Shown here one piece after another: positions 1 to 11,055 of a stretch of 16,442 nucleotides of DNA. Position 1 is the first letter of the stretch. Each line of letters opens with the position of its first letter. A model generated the notes under the pieces. That model worked only from the letters and a program-made list of their open reading frames with translations. It was not told where the DNA came from and did not search any database. The DNA is taken from contig JBJCIZ010000054.1 of NCBI GenBank assembly GCA_051294375.1, positions 1 to 16,442 on the forward strand. Reading direction: 5' to 3'. Both the position numbers and the translations under genes were made by a program. This DNA comes from Paraspadella gotoi. Lineage: Eukaryota > Animalia > Chaetognatha.

Positions 1-74
1 AGAGAATAGTATAAGGTTGATTAATATATTGTTTATTATCAATTTCAGTTGAGACGGCAAATTCATCTTTGCGT

Positions 75-1010
75 TCAATCTGTTGCTGCTTTGGGACAGA
101 GGCGTCTTCCTCCGTTAATCAAACTCAAGCCATCGCTCATCCGAAGGCACGAAATCGGGATTNNNNNNNNNNNNNNNNNNNNNNNNNNNNNNNNNNNNNN
201 NNNNNNNNNNNNNNNNNNNNNNNNNNNNNNNNNNNNNNNNNNNNNNNNNNNNNNNNNNNNNNNNNNNNNNNNNNNNNNNNNNNNNNNNNNNNNNNNNNNN
301 NNNNNNNNNNNNNNNNNNNNNNNNNNNNNNNNNNNNNNNNNNNNNNNNNNNNNNNNNNNNNNNNNNNNNNNNNNNNNNNNNNNNNNNNNNNCACCCAAAA
401 CCGATACATATTTAGGCGAGAAGTCATCAGACTCAAGAGATTCAACCAGCCAGTCAAAGATAGTTCGCAAAAGATCGCTACCTCCAGGGTTCAGATGAAC
501 GGCGTCCCGCTCGTACAGCTGCGCGCTAAGGCTGTACCCGAACTTCTTGGATAAAGTGAAACAACTGTGGTTGACGTGCAGGTGAGACTCGTGAAAGAGT
601 TCGATAGACATATCTACAAGACGAGCAGCTTCGATGAAGCTTTGCCCATTCCAAAATTTGTNNNNNNNNNNNNNNNNNNNNNNNNNNNNNNNNNNNNNNN
701 NNNNNNNNNNNNNNNNNNNNNNNNNNNNNNNNNNNNNNNNNNNNNNNNNNNNNNNNNNNNNNNNNNNNNNNNNNNNNNNNNTACCACCACCGAGAAGTAA
801 GATAGCTTTATACTCTCTCGTGTTATTACGCAGGATTTCGACAAAATGTCGGAAACGTCCGCCAGAGACAGACGTCGTTGTCACATCCGGAAGGAAGGAG
901 TGAAGTCTAAAGACGTGCGAGTCGCCAATGATCCAATAGCCATTCGTCACACCCAAGTTGACCGAAACCGGTTTTCCTTGCACCCGAAAGAAGTCTGGCA
1001 AAATAAACAA
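75..1010 (-). CDS. SGNH/GDSL hydrolase (esterase)-like ORF in env position of the retrotransposon
   Basis: Block I WIIGDSH (915-935), block II SVSGG, block III ILLLGGG[N] (783-803; GGN-DL visible in copy 2), block V DAVHLN (489-506). The frame is open on both sides of the gaps. Start and stop are uncertain: no ATG in this copy, and the 3' end crosses a 229-N gap. Confidence 0.85.
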   Translation of the reverse strand: MFILPDFFRVQGKPVSVNLGVTNGYWIIGDSHVFRLHSFLPDVTTTSVSGGRFRHFVEILRNNTREYKAILLLGGGXXXXXXXXXXXXXXXXXXXXXXXXXXXXXXXXXXXXXXXXXKFWNGQSFIEAARLVDMSIELFHESHLHVNHSCFTLSKKFGYSLSAQLYERDAVHLNPGGSDLLRTIFDWLVESLESDDFSPKYVSVLGXXXXXXXXXXXXXXXXXXXXXXXXXXXXXXXXXXXXXXXXXXXXXXXXXXXXXXXXXXXXXXXXXXXXXXXXXXXXXIPISCLRMSDGLSLINGGRRLCPKAATD

Positions 1011-1019
1011 AAGGTAAAA

Positions 1020-1574
1020 TTATTTATTGATTTTCCGAATCACATCTCTTGCTTGTTCTAAAGTGAGATGTGATCACGAAAACAATTTCATCCCCAATTT
1101 CAAATGCCTCTTTATTATCTGAACGGGTTTCGCATAAACTTTTGTAAGAGACCAAGATTCGCGTACGCAAGGCTANNNNNNNNNNNNNNNNNNNNNNNNN
1201 NNNNNNNNNNNNNNNNNNNNNNNNNNNNNNNNNNNNNNNNNNNNNNNNNNNNNNNNNNNNNNNNNNNNNNNNNNNNNNNNNNNNNNNNNNNNNNNNNNNN
1301 NNNNNNNNNNNNNNNNNNNTACGCAGCTAGCCGAATTTCTTTATGCATTTTTAACAGCTGTTCGAACTCATCTTCGACGGGAGTTTTCCCTTCGAAAATA
1401 TCCAGATCCGGAGATAAACATTTCATCGGGTGACGTCGAGTCACTTGAAATGGACTTCGGCCGTTAAGAGAGATCGAAGGAGTCATGTTTATTTGAAACT
1501 CCACCTTTTTCAATACTTTTGCCCAATTTTGCAAAGTTGGTTCATTATCTAATAGTTTTAAAATACGAATCAAG
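1020..1574 (-). pseudogene. pol: integrase C-terminal part (copy 1)
   Basis: IRILKLLDNEPTLQNWAKVLKKVEFQINMTPSISLNGRSPFQV resembles the conserved W...N.T..S..G.SPF motif after the integrase E. It ends HLTLEQARDVIRKINK* with TAA at 1020-1022. Confidence 0.88.
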
Positions 1575-2650
1575 CTGCTGCATTGTACGTTTGCACGTCA
1601 GACAGAGATATGCGCATTGCATCCTGTGCTGTGACTTATTACATTTTATAAACGAGGACTAGAAGTCCCCATATATCAAAAAAGGAAGTAAACGAAAACG
1701 TAAATTCTGACTCTGAAAACATTTGATTCTGATTCGTGAATGAAATAGAGAGCACAAAGCTTGTCTCTTCTGATGAGTTACTCCGCGTATTTCTGTTTTG
1801 GAGATAAATGATGATTACAAGGGTATTCATCTCCCTGAACTCCAAGACCCATATCTGGCCAAAATAAAGCTTTTACAGTCGACTTCTCCCTCCATAGTAA
1901 AATGAGGAGAATGGGTGTTGATGCACGCCGTCTACAGTACCTGATAAAAATGAGAGTCCTTTGCTCAGACTCAACGAGATCTTACCGATTGGTAAGACAT
2001 CTTACGTTGTTTCAATACAAACGTCCAAAACGTTCTATATAAGAATTTTTTAAAGAAAGAGGAGTCACGCAGACCACTTGTACTGCGTCGATAAGGCACT
2101 ACCTATTTGAAACCTCGATGAAAACTCAGTGAAAATTATATGGTCACTGGCTCTGCCCAGACCAAGTTTAATATTAATGCAAGATAAAATAGTTTGATAC
2201 GCCTTGGTATTAGTGGTATACAGTATGAATTGATCAAGGATTCAATATTCAGTCGCTGTGTTCACATTTGTATTAACTATAATATCATTAGTAAACCCTT
2301 AAAGGGTTTGTCTCTCTATTCATGCTTCTGTTGGGCTCGCCCAGATCACTCTCCTATGTATCTTTTTGGGCCCGCTGGCCTAAAATCCTCAGGAGCGCGG
2401 GCAGCACCTGCACCTGTTACATCAGTGAGTGTGTGTATTATTTTTACAAGAGAATTGTTGTCTGTTTTCCATGTGGGAGTGCTTCTGCAAAGAAAGTAGG
2501 CCAAAGTTTTTTTTATAATCACTTTCAATATTCCATGGTATTTGGGTATTGTCAGTGTGGACTGGTGAAAATATGTGAGATCTGGTATAATAATCATTGT
2601 TTGTAAGTTATCATGTGCTTTGTGGATGTGAAGTGAGATAAAGTGATTTG
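1575..2650 (+). pseudogene. inverted internal pol segment (linker + integrase N-terminus/core)
   Basis: 1575-2150 is nearly identical, apart from indels, to 11446-12010. 2150-2650 is a more diverged integrase (LFGP...SSGA; GSASAK). Confidence 0.85.
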
Positions 2651-5204
2651 TAAACATTCTCATCCTGTATCAAAAAATGAAATGTCGAGGGGGTATGTGA
2701 GTGATACATCTATTAGAAAAATTTGTATGTCAATTCCATATTTTCAAAATTATCTTGAATAATAAGGACATTTCTTTGTTTTGTTCTCTTTAAGGGAATC
2801 CACAGCTCCAGGATTCCATCACTAGTTAATAAATTGACAGATCGGAAGCGTTGCCGGCTAAGATAGCGGGACTACATAGCTCACAAAATGTGTTGAGCCA
2901 TGGCGCTTAAATGGCGCCACAAAGTTACTACCTACTACCTACAAGTATGTTCGATACACAAATCAAGTTAGCAACTACCATACTAGCAGTTTGATGATAG
3001 ACTGTTAAAATTTGTTTGATAACTTACGAATTGCAAGTTCGTTCTCCATAACACAAAATAATTAATGCTAGGTACAGGATTCTCATGCTATGGTATCACG
3101 TATAAGATGAAAGATTGTCACTGAGATATTTTATTTTTACCTAGTAACACAAAGTTCGTCTCTCTTTATAAAGTATCTTAATAATACTAGAGATATATTG
3201 TTTATGTAATAATAGAGCATCAATTTAAAATATTATATTTTCCAACAGTTCTAAAAGTTAATGCGAGAATATTTTAAATATAAATAAATCTCGTTTCAAA
3301 GATGTAAATTTTGATCGGTTTAATACTAAGAAATAAAATACTTTTAGATGAGCAAAATTATACCCACTGGCTGATGTTATGTGTATGTTGAAAGGCCGTT
3401 GTATGTATGAGTGTGATAGCAGAATGGGTATTTGTTTTTCGCTCGATTTCTAGGATGTTACTATAAATCTAATTTTTATTATGATATACTTAGAGCAGAT
3501 GATTTTTCAAATGAATGAAATGAAAACTCGTTGTGCAAAGATTAATTTGGAATATTCCTTAAAAAAGAAAAAGTTTAAGTACTTACAATGGTTAAATGAT
3601 ACAATCAATAACATATTTGTTTTGCAATTGTATTGTTTGTGCTTTTCCTGTTATATGCTGCACACACTTTTCCATTGTTGCTTGTTGTTCAATATATCTT
3701 CTTCATCGTCTCTATCTATATGTTATAAAGAAAAAAATATATATCGACATCGTTACTAATCATTCAGCCACTCTCTGGGAATGGATCAAGAATGCGTTAC
3801 AGTTTGTGCGAATTTTGTATTCTCTGATAATATATAGAGTTTTTTTTAGCTTTTTTTGCGAAAGAGGGACAGATGGAGTGCTGACATGGTTAATTTTGAA
3901 AAATGTTGAATATGCCATTTGTAATATTGATGTTTGATATATGATTGATGAACAGTGGTGAGAAAACATACTCATACATGAGGAGACTGAACTACATCTT
4001 AATAACGGCACGGTATGGACTACCTGTGGACTAGTATGTAATAAAGTCAAAAGATTTACGAGAAAAGGTCACAATTTAGACGATTGATCAACGTTATTTT
4101 ATGTGACAGACTACATAACATTGGGATGAAAGTTAACTATTTAAATTAATTAAAATTAATTGTTTAGTGTCTATTAATCACAGTAAAAATTCCAGCAGCT
4201 ATACTATTTGTGATGACTATCATTCACGTCAAAGAACTTAAATCATCCGATAACCGTTGAATCGGTTGATACACGCACAGCGAGTGTGCAGGAACTAAAT
4301 TCGTCAAAACTATTGTACTCTTGCCCAGGTAAACAGTTCATCTTGATCTAATTAATTATCAATTTACTTATTTTATTTAGAGACTTTATTGGATGAAATA
4401 TAACATCATTATATCAATCTACTTATTATCCAACACCCTAATTTATTGATTCAGTATTTGATCAATCAATCTCAATTAATTATTTCTTAAGGAAAAAATG
4501 AGTCGCGAACGACAACAAGATGATCCCTGATGTCCTAATTTAGTGTTCTCTGCCAGCCATGTCGAGGATCCCTAGTTTTGGGTAATTGCAGATTTGATGA
4601 AAGAAATGTGTTTTGATCAATTTTTTTTTTACATCAAATATGAGTTTGATATGTAGCAGCAATTAGTTTGAAGAGAGAGAGAGAGGTTTATTAAATCTGC
4701 TGTTGAATTGAGTCAAAAGCATATTTCAGAAATCAGTCTCTAAGCCTAGACAATGGCGTCTACGTATGTCCGTCAGGAGTTAGGACGAGGGTTGCCAAGG
4801 AAATATGTAAACAGTTTATTTTTAGTTTCACCATTTTCGGGTTGCCGAATATTGGTTTTGCGCATCTGGCATCTGTGTTACGTTGGATACTTTGTAGTTT
4901 TGATTTGAATTTCTGCTGAATCTGTTGTTCTTCATTTATGACGCGTCTCTTTTTTTTAGTAATCATGCACTGATTTAGAGCATTTATCCGATTTGTTTTA
5001 TCGCAAGTATTTAGCGGCGTTTACCTTTTACTGTTACCTCCTAACGTATTTTGCGCATAGCTGTACCAACCTTGTATGACGGTGTACCTCTTTGCTAGAT
5101 TGTTTTTACATTTGTTGATCTATGGCCCTACCTCGAATTTTGTTTTACCTTTTGAAAATTAATAAATTCATGTTATTGATTAATTATATTTTATGGGAGG
5201 GCGG

Positions 5205-5513
5205 TGGTCAGAGATATTAAAGTATTATTACAAATCTCGGTCTTGTAGTTTACAAATAACCTTCGCCGAATTGTAAAACAAATGCTTTGGTTGTTCACGT
5301 CTTGTGAATGTCTTCAGTCGTGATTTTGGCCGGGAGTAACAATTTGTATTTCTACTCTATGCGTTTTATTTCTTTGTTTTTTACCTTATTGTAATAATAA
5401 AATATAGTGAATACTCAATCCTCTATTAATATATTAAGCTAAATAGAGTTCGGTACAGTTATTACAGGGAGCTAGTAATAAAGACGACAGTTCGAAAAAG
5501 GTACAGTCCTACA
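5205..5513 (+). repeat. candidate LTR (~310 bp)
   Basis: Starts with TG right after purine-rich GGGAGGGCGG (5195-5204). AATAAA at 5477-5482. Ends in TACA (5510-5513), followed by a degenerate PBS-like TTGCAAACGAAGG. No second copy in the window to confirm. Confidence 0.25.
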
Positions 5514-5590
5514 AATTTGCAAACGAAGGCGGTGGAGAAAGTCGAATTTGTGAGCATTTTAAAGTTCGGAAGGAATAGTGAGATGGACGA

Positions 5591-7367
5591 GGAATGAGAG
5601 AGAGAGAGAGGGAGAGAGGGAGAGATGAGAGAGAGAGGAGAGAGAGAGAGGAGGAGAGAGAGAGGAGAAGAGGAGAGGAGAGGAGAGAGGAAGGTCAGCC
5701 CTCAGTCCCCCTTCTTTCCCAGTCTCCTTTCCACCAAAGGACGGTGGGAGTGTGTCAAACAAATACATAAGAGTTCTCTTTTCATTACTCGCTCTCTCGA
5801 TTCAGGGTAATTAAGAGCATCTCGGTGTTATTTGTTTCGAGTATTGCCGCGGAACGGTTCCGAATTTACGTCTCCGTCGGCTCCATGCCTCTCGATTCTT
5901 CTCTCTCTCTCTCTCTCTCTTCCGTCTCTCTCTCTCTCTCTCTCCCACTCCTTTTGTTTTTTTAGCTGTCCTCTAATATTCCTAAAGATTTCCCGCCCTC
6001 AACTAAAGAAGAAACTGCTCTGTCTCCTATGCAAAATCAGTAGATTTTATTAAGAAACTGACGAGGAAACGACGAAGAGAGGAGAGAGAAGAGAGAAGAG
6101 AGAGGAGGAGAGAAGTAGGAGAGATGAGAGAGAATCGAGGAGAGAGAAGACGAGACGAGAGTGTATGGATAAGGAAGACAAGATATTCATGGTAGAAAGA
6201 GCTTAATAACGAGAATTAGGCTGTCGGACGACGACTTTTAACGATCGGAGGATGAACGGAGGCGATTCCTCCCGATCGGAGAAAGAAGAAAATAGAGAGC
6301 CGGGAGACGGAGTGAGATAGAGATGGATGAGAAGGAGCAGAAGAAGAGAGGCGTTAAGGATGGGGCGAATGAAAGTCAAAGACACCGAGAGAAAGCCTTT
6401 GTTTTTGCGTTCTTTAATCAAAGGTGAGCAAAGGAGTAATTAAGAGAAAAAAACGAAACAAATGACACGAAACCGAGGTTGGTTACATTGAAAAGCTGAG
6501 TGTTGACAGAAAATCACTGGGGGAAGAATATAAAATATCCAGAATACGATCCTGACTGCCTAAGGCGAGTCAGATGAGAAGAGAAGAGAGTAGAGAGACG
6601 AGAAAGGAGAGGAGAGAGAGGAAGAGAGAGAGACGAGAGAGATGAGAGAGAGAGAGAGAGAGTAAGTGCCATTGGGAACAATCGACTCCCTTCGTAAAGA
6701 ATCCCCAGTTTTTTTAGAGTTTGAAGTGGCCGAGAAAAGGGCCGAAGCCCCAGAGCTTTCAAAACTTAGGAGTAAAAACAACATCATCAAAAAAAATAAA
6801 AAATCAAAAGAAGTAAAAAATAAGAAAAGATGAACGACAAGTAAAGATAGCAGATTAGCAATTTAAAGGCCGTGTGAGACCGCTGCACTTTCCAATACCA
6901 AAAGGTCTATGAAGTCAGAAAATTATAGTACTACCCGAGTTATGAGAATTCTTTATGATCACTGGTAGAGCAGAATATAGAACTGATTTGAAATGTGACG
7001 GACAGATAGAAAGACAGGACAGACCGAACGAACCAGATAAAATACTGCTTATCGGATGGCTTCGCGAGTGCTCCGGCGCAAGCTAAAAAAAGGCGTGGGA
7101 CGCGCGAGAAACTAAATCACTTCCTTCTACAAGATAACACGAGCTCCTGACTCTCGCTCTTTCTTAAGTTCTCTGATGAAACACAGTTAAAAACAGTTTT
7201 TATTTGCTTTTTTTTAAAGTTTTTAAACAATCTTTTAAGTATCTTCTGCGTGTTAATATCTTTACATTTGAAGCTGAGAGAGGAGAGAGAGAGAGAGAGA
7301 GAAAAGAGGAGAGACGAAGAGAGAGAGAGAGAGAGAGAACGAGGAGAGAGAGAGAGAGAGAGAAAGA
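5591..7367. repeat. cluster of imperfect (GA)n/(CT)n tracts
   Basis: Tracts at ~5591-5690 (GA), 5898-5945 (CT), 6073-6160 (GA), 6575-6662 (GA) and 7275-7367 (GA). A short one also lies at 4672-4685. Confidence 0.9.
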
Positions 7368-8128
7368 GTGATCAAAAGTCATTATGTGGCGGTCGTTCCG
7401 ATCATTCTGTGAAGAAGATGATATGATGAACGAACGAATCTGATGAATCATGATAAGATACATGTCGAAAAATGTATGAAATGACAGACTGCGAAGATGA
7501 TGATGATGACCCCGACACGGGGAGTGAGGGACGCGTTAAAATTTACAAAACCGCCAAAGGGAATCATAATGACGGGAAGTTTCGACGCCCATGAATTAAG
7601 GTAAGCGAGTGAGGAGTCAATGGAAGACGAAGCGAAAAGCTGAGTCGGAATCGAAATTCGATGACTGCGTCAACGATTTAAAGAATTTGAAGAATTAAAT
7701 TAGACCGCTTAGTATCGTCCAACATGATCCGCAAAGAGAACGGGACTATTCCGATATTAATGATTATGCGATATGACCGGCCCATCACGAAGATTACGCA
7801 TGAGANNNNNNNNNNNNNNNNNNNNNNNNNCGATCACATAAAATTTTTTTCAACGAACATCCTGAGCTTGTTTTTGAGTCTCGTCGTCTTCTGAAGCGGA
7901 TGGTCTTTCGCCAGCGGCGAACCTCGCTGGCGATCCCGATCTTCCTCCGCGTCGGCCCGATAACTCATCGTCGACTCGAGAGCAAGGCCGGATAACGAGA
8001 CGAGCGCAACGTCCCGTCGACGATAATATTGGACGATTTCACTCTTTGTCGGTAAGCAGAGTCGACCAATGCGTAACACTTTTCGACGCCGCTGAGAGCA
8101 GCAAGAAAGGTTCCTAGCACGGATATTG

Positions 8129-8250
8129 TGTTCATCCTGTTTCAATCCCGGGGCATAAACCAGTGATGTCTTGTCCACCGGTCAAAACTTGTGGCGTTTT
8201 GTAAACAAGAGAAAGCGAGGCTGGTAAACACGTGTCTCCTTCTCTGTTAC
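8129..8250 (+). pseudogene. gag: gag nucleocapsid zinc knuckle region
   Basis: tgt tca tcc tgt ttc aat ccc ggg (g) cat aaa cca gtg atg tct tgt = CSSCFNPGHKPVMSC, CX2CX4H-type with one indel. A second CxxC...H...C follows at ~8190-8248. The rest of gag (upstream to ~6.4-7.4 kb) is too noisy to delimit. Confidence 0.7.
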
Positions 8251-8589
8251 AGCGAGCCCGAATGATTTAGACTAAGTTTCTCGCTTCCAGAAGAAAATTT
8301 CGTGCGTCTTTGCCCTCATTCGCCGAACGAGAAGTGCGTCGAACCTAAGAAGGGTAAGGAAAAGGTTAAAAAGAGTCGAAGAACCTTTTCCTGATGATTT
8401 TGGAGGATTATGAATTTCGACGAATCTGACTTTGAATGACAAATAATGACGCTGCCTTGAGCAGCGAATCAGTCATAAAAGGGACTCTAGTAGATGAAAT
8501 AGAAGCTAAAGAAAATAAAATATTTGGACCAGGGTAAAGCTAAAAGTTTTTTTTTAAAATGTGATATTTCAGAGGATTTCTGAGACGAT

Positions 8590-8880
8590 GGGGAAATATT
8601 TATCCTTCCGTTATTTTGAAATTGATACCGGCAGTGATCGGACTTAATGCCCGCCTCTGAAGTACATCGATTAAACATTAAAAATATTAATATCATTCGA
8701 TAAACCTAGGACATTAAATGGTAATCGGTGGTAAGCGTCACATGTACATCTATGTTGTTATTAAATTCGTATTTCTGAATTATATTGTCTGTTTTGTACA
8801 TGTTGTAAAGGAGATTTCCTATGTTTATGTGGGTAGTGATGTTTTAGTTTAAAAGAGAAATAAATGTATGATTGATTACA
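8590..8880 (+). pseudogene. retropepsin-like aspartic protease
   Basis: att gat acc ggc agt gat cgg = IDTGSDR at 8621-8641, followed by a flap-like 'TLNG(I)GG' at ~8711-8732. It lies between the knuckle and RT. Confidence 0.75.
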
Positions 8881-9699
8881 GTAATCGATTGTTAACATAT
8901 TTTCGAACGGAAATTCCGTCTTTTTAGTAAAATTGAGATTCGTGATGAAGTAAACAAAGCGACGGAAGCGCCGACGAATTTTAATTCTAAAAATATTACG
9001 TTTTATTCTCCTTTGCCTGTCGTTTTTAAAAGCGAAATCTTTGACACCTGTTCCTGTCGATTATCTTCTTATGATTTCCGGATATTAAACATGCATTAAT
9101 TCCTATTGATCCTTTGATGGAATCATTATTAATGGCGTTCATTTTGATGAAAAAGTAAAAAACTATTATGTTTGTGGCAAATACGATAAACATGATAGAT
9201 CATTAGGGGTTAATCAATCTCTCGGTGATGTCGTTTTTGAAAATGATGACGAGAATGAAGATGTCACTAAATTTTACAAAAGTTCGTGAAAATGACTAAC
9301 CTCTCTAATGACGACGATGTTTTCTCCTCTTAATGATGATCCGGTCGAGTTTTCTCTCTCCCTCCTGGCTCGAAGCTCGATGCTCGTCAGACGGATGAAG
9401 GTTTTGGAAAGAGGGATGAAAGTTTGTTCCTCCTGAGCGAAACAAAGAGAAGATGCTGATGATCTGGACTTTGACTTCGAAACTCGACCGAGAAAAAGAA
9501 AAGAAAAGAAACAGGGATGTGAAGAGATGAATGGTGGCCCGATAAGGAGAAAATTTCGGCAGAGTTCAAATGGAGGATCTGAAAAAAGAAACTTAAGGAG
9601 TTTGGAGCCCCTTAAGGCTGAGGAATTATTAATAAATTATATAAATTTATGTTGGGATTATCGTGGAATTTTCTGGACTGGCGCCGGTGGCGTCAGATG

Positions 9700-10510
9700 A
9701 GAGAGAAAATCCGTATTCCCCCCATTAAAATTCCACTTGTTAAAGATCCACCTCCTACCATAGATCGCTATCGACGCATGTCCCCTGCAAAAAGCGGAAA
9801 TATTGCAGAATTATGTGAATATGCTCCTTAAAGGTGAAATCATACGTGAAGTCACCGACTCAAGGTACATAGCTAACCCACATATTGTCAGTAGCCATAT
9901 CACTAATCCTATCACTGTGAAACCAAATTGAAACATCTGTCTAACCATTGATTACCGGTCTCAAAAACAGCTGATTGAGTCCCGTGCTTACCGAATGTTT
10001 GATGGATGAGTTACTTGACAATGTGTCAAAAGTTCAAGGTCATTCTACATTGGACTGCTCGAATTATTTCTGGCAGCTCCCAATACACAAGATTCACAAG
10101 ACATTGGTGCATTTTATGCACAGTCTAAGATCTTTGTTTTCTGCGGTTACGCTATGGGATTGAAATCTGCACCGGCAAGCACGCTCAGAAAGTGTCTAAT
10201 TTTATCGCAAAAAGATGCCCTTTTGCTTTGTTTTCATCGATGACTACGCAGTCGCGTCTATGGACCACAAGTCCCATTTGGATGACCTCGAAGAATTTTT
10301 GCCACTATGAGTCCATTTTAATATGAAATTTAATCCTGCTAAAGTTTCGCTTTGCACTTTCGCAGCAAACAATTTTAGATATGCAGTCTCTTATAAGACT
10401 ATTCATCGCATTCCTTCTCACAAACAACGTCCTTACGGAACCTACAACCTCCTACTGATAAAGCTATGTTGAAATCTTTCCTTGGTAAGTTGGCATGGTA
10501 CGCGCTCATA
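9700..10510 (+). pseudogene. pol: reverse transcriptase domain (frameshifted in this assembly)
   Basis: Across frames: KIRIPPIKIPL..DRYRRMSPAK, LTIDYR (~9940-9957), MDELLDNV, STLDCSNYFWQLPI, L(P)MGLKSAPA, VFIDDYAVAS (FIDD 10233-10244), HLDDLE, MKFNPAK, thumb LKSFLGKLAWY. Confidence 0.93.
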
Positions 10511-10669
10511 AATCTAATTTGAGTGAAGCAAGCCAAACCATTACGTGCGATGGCGAAAAGTTCTGTCGCTTTAAGTGGACTGATGTTGAAGAAAAGGCTT
10601 CATCGCTGCATTCGACATTCTTTTAGACAGCAAAACAGGCGTTTTACGCGCCCCTATAGAAGGTTGGTG

Positions 10670-11055
10670 ATTACGTACTGTTCACTGATGCCAGTAAAAA
10701 TGCTCTTGGTTCTGTCTTGTGCCAATTGCAGCTGCCATCTGAACACGAGATTTTGGCTGGAGCTCCGCCAGACGACAAAAGGAGTATCTCTTGCAATACT
10801 TTTCTAGGTCTTTTACCCCTGAGACGTCCTCACCAATCTATCTCAAGGAGTTGTTCTCCTGTCAGAGATTTGAAGCTCCGCCACTATTAGCCCGCAGTCC
10901 TGTTCATGTGTTTGTGGAAGCGTATTGTCCCTACTGGTTAGTATGGACATTTGTAGTGAACGTGTTGCAAGAGCAATGGCCTATATCCAGGATTTCGATA
11001 TCATGGTACGTTTTATCCCCTCCTTTCTAAATGCAGCTGACCAACTTACGCGTCA
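10670..11055 (+). pseudogene. pol: Ty3/gypsy RNase H domain
   Basis: DYVLFTDASKNALGSVLCQ (10670-10728), YFSRSF, IYLKEL, RVARAMAYIQDFDIMVRFIPSFLNAADQLTR. Confidence 0.9.

Noticed and set aside
49-1433. + strand ORFs spanning N runs
   Set aside because: Their length comes from the gaps, and they are antisense to the integrase/SGNH coding strand.
2789-3562. Possible TTAA-flanked MITE (TTAAGGGAATCC ... GGAATATTCCTTAA)
   Set aside because: The ends are not convincing inverted repeats. Only a 7-bp hairpin (GGAATCC/GGATTCC at 2795-2817) is present.
3481-4050. Three overlapping 92-113 aa ORFs in AT-rich DNA
   Set aside because: No recognisable motifs, and composition is typical of chance ORFs in AT-rich non-coding DNA.
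4751-4770. CA-A-TGGCGTCTACG as LTR end plus PBS
   Set aside because: No recognisable tRNA 3' complement beyond TGGCG and no LTR-like features upstream.
5559-7463. Ser/Leu-rich and Arg/Glu-rich ORFs
   Set aside because: Translations of GA/CT microsatellite tracts.
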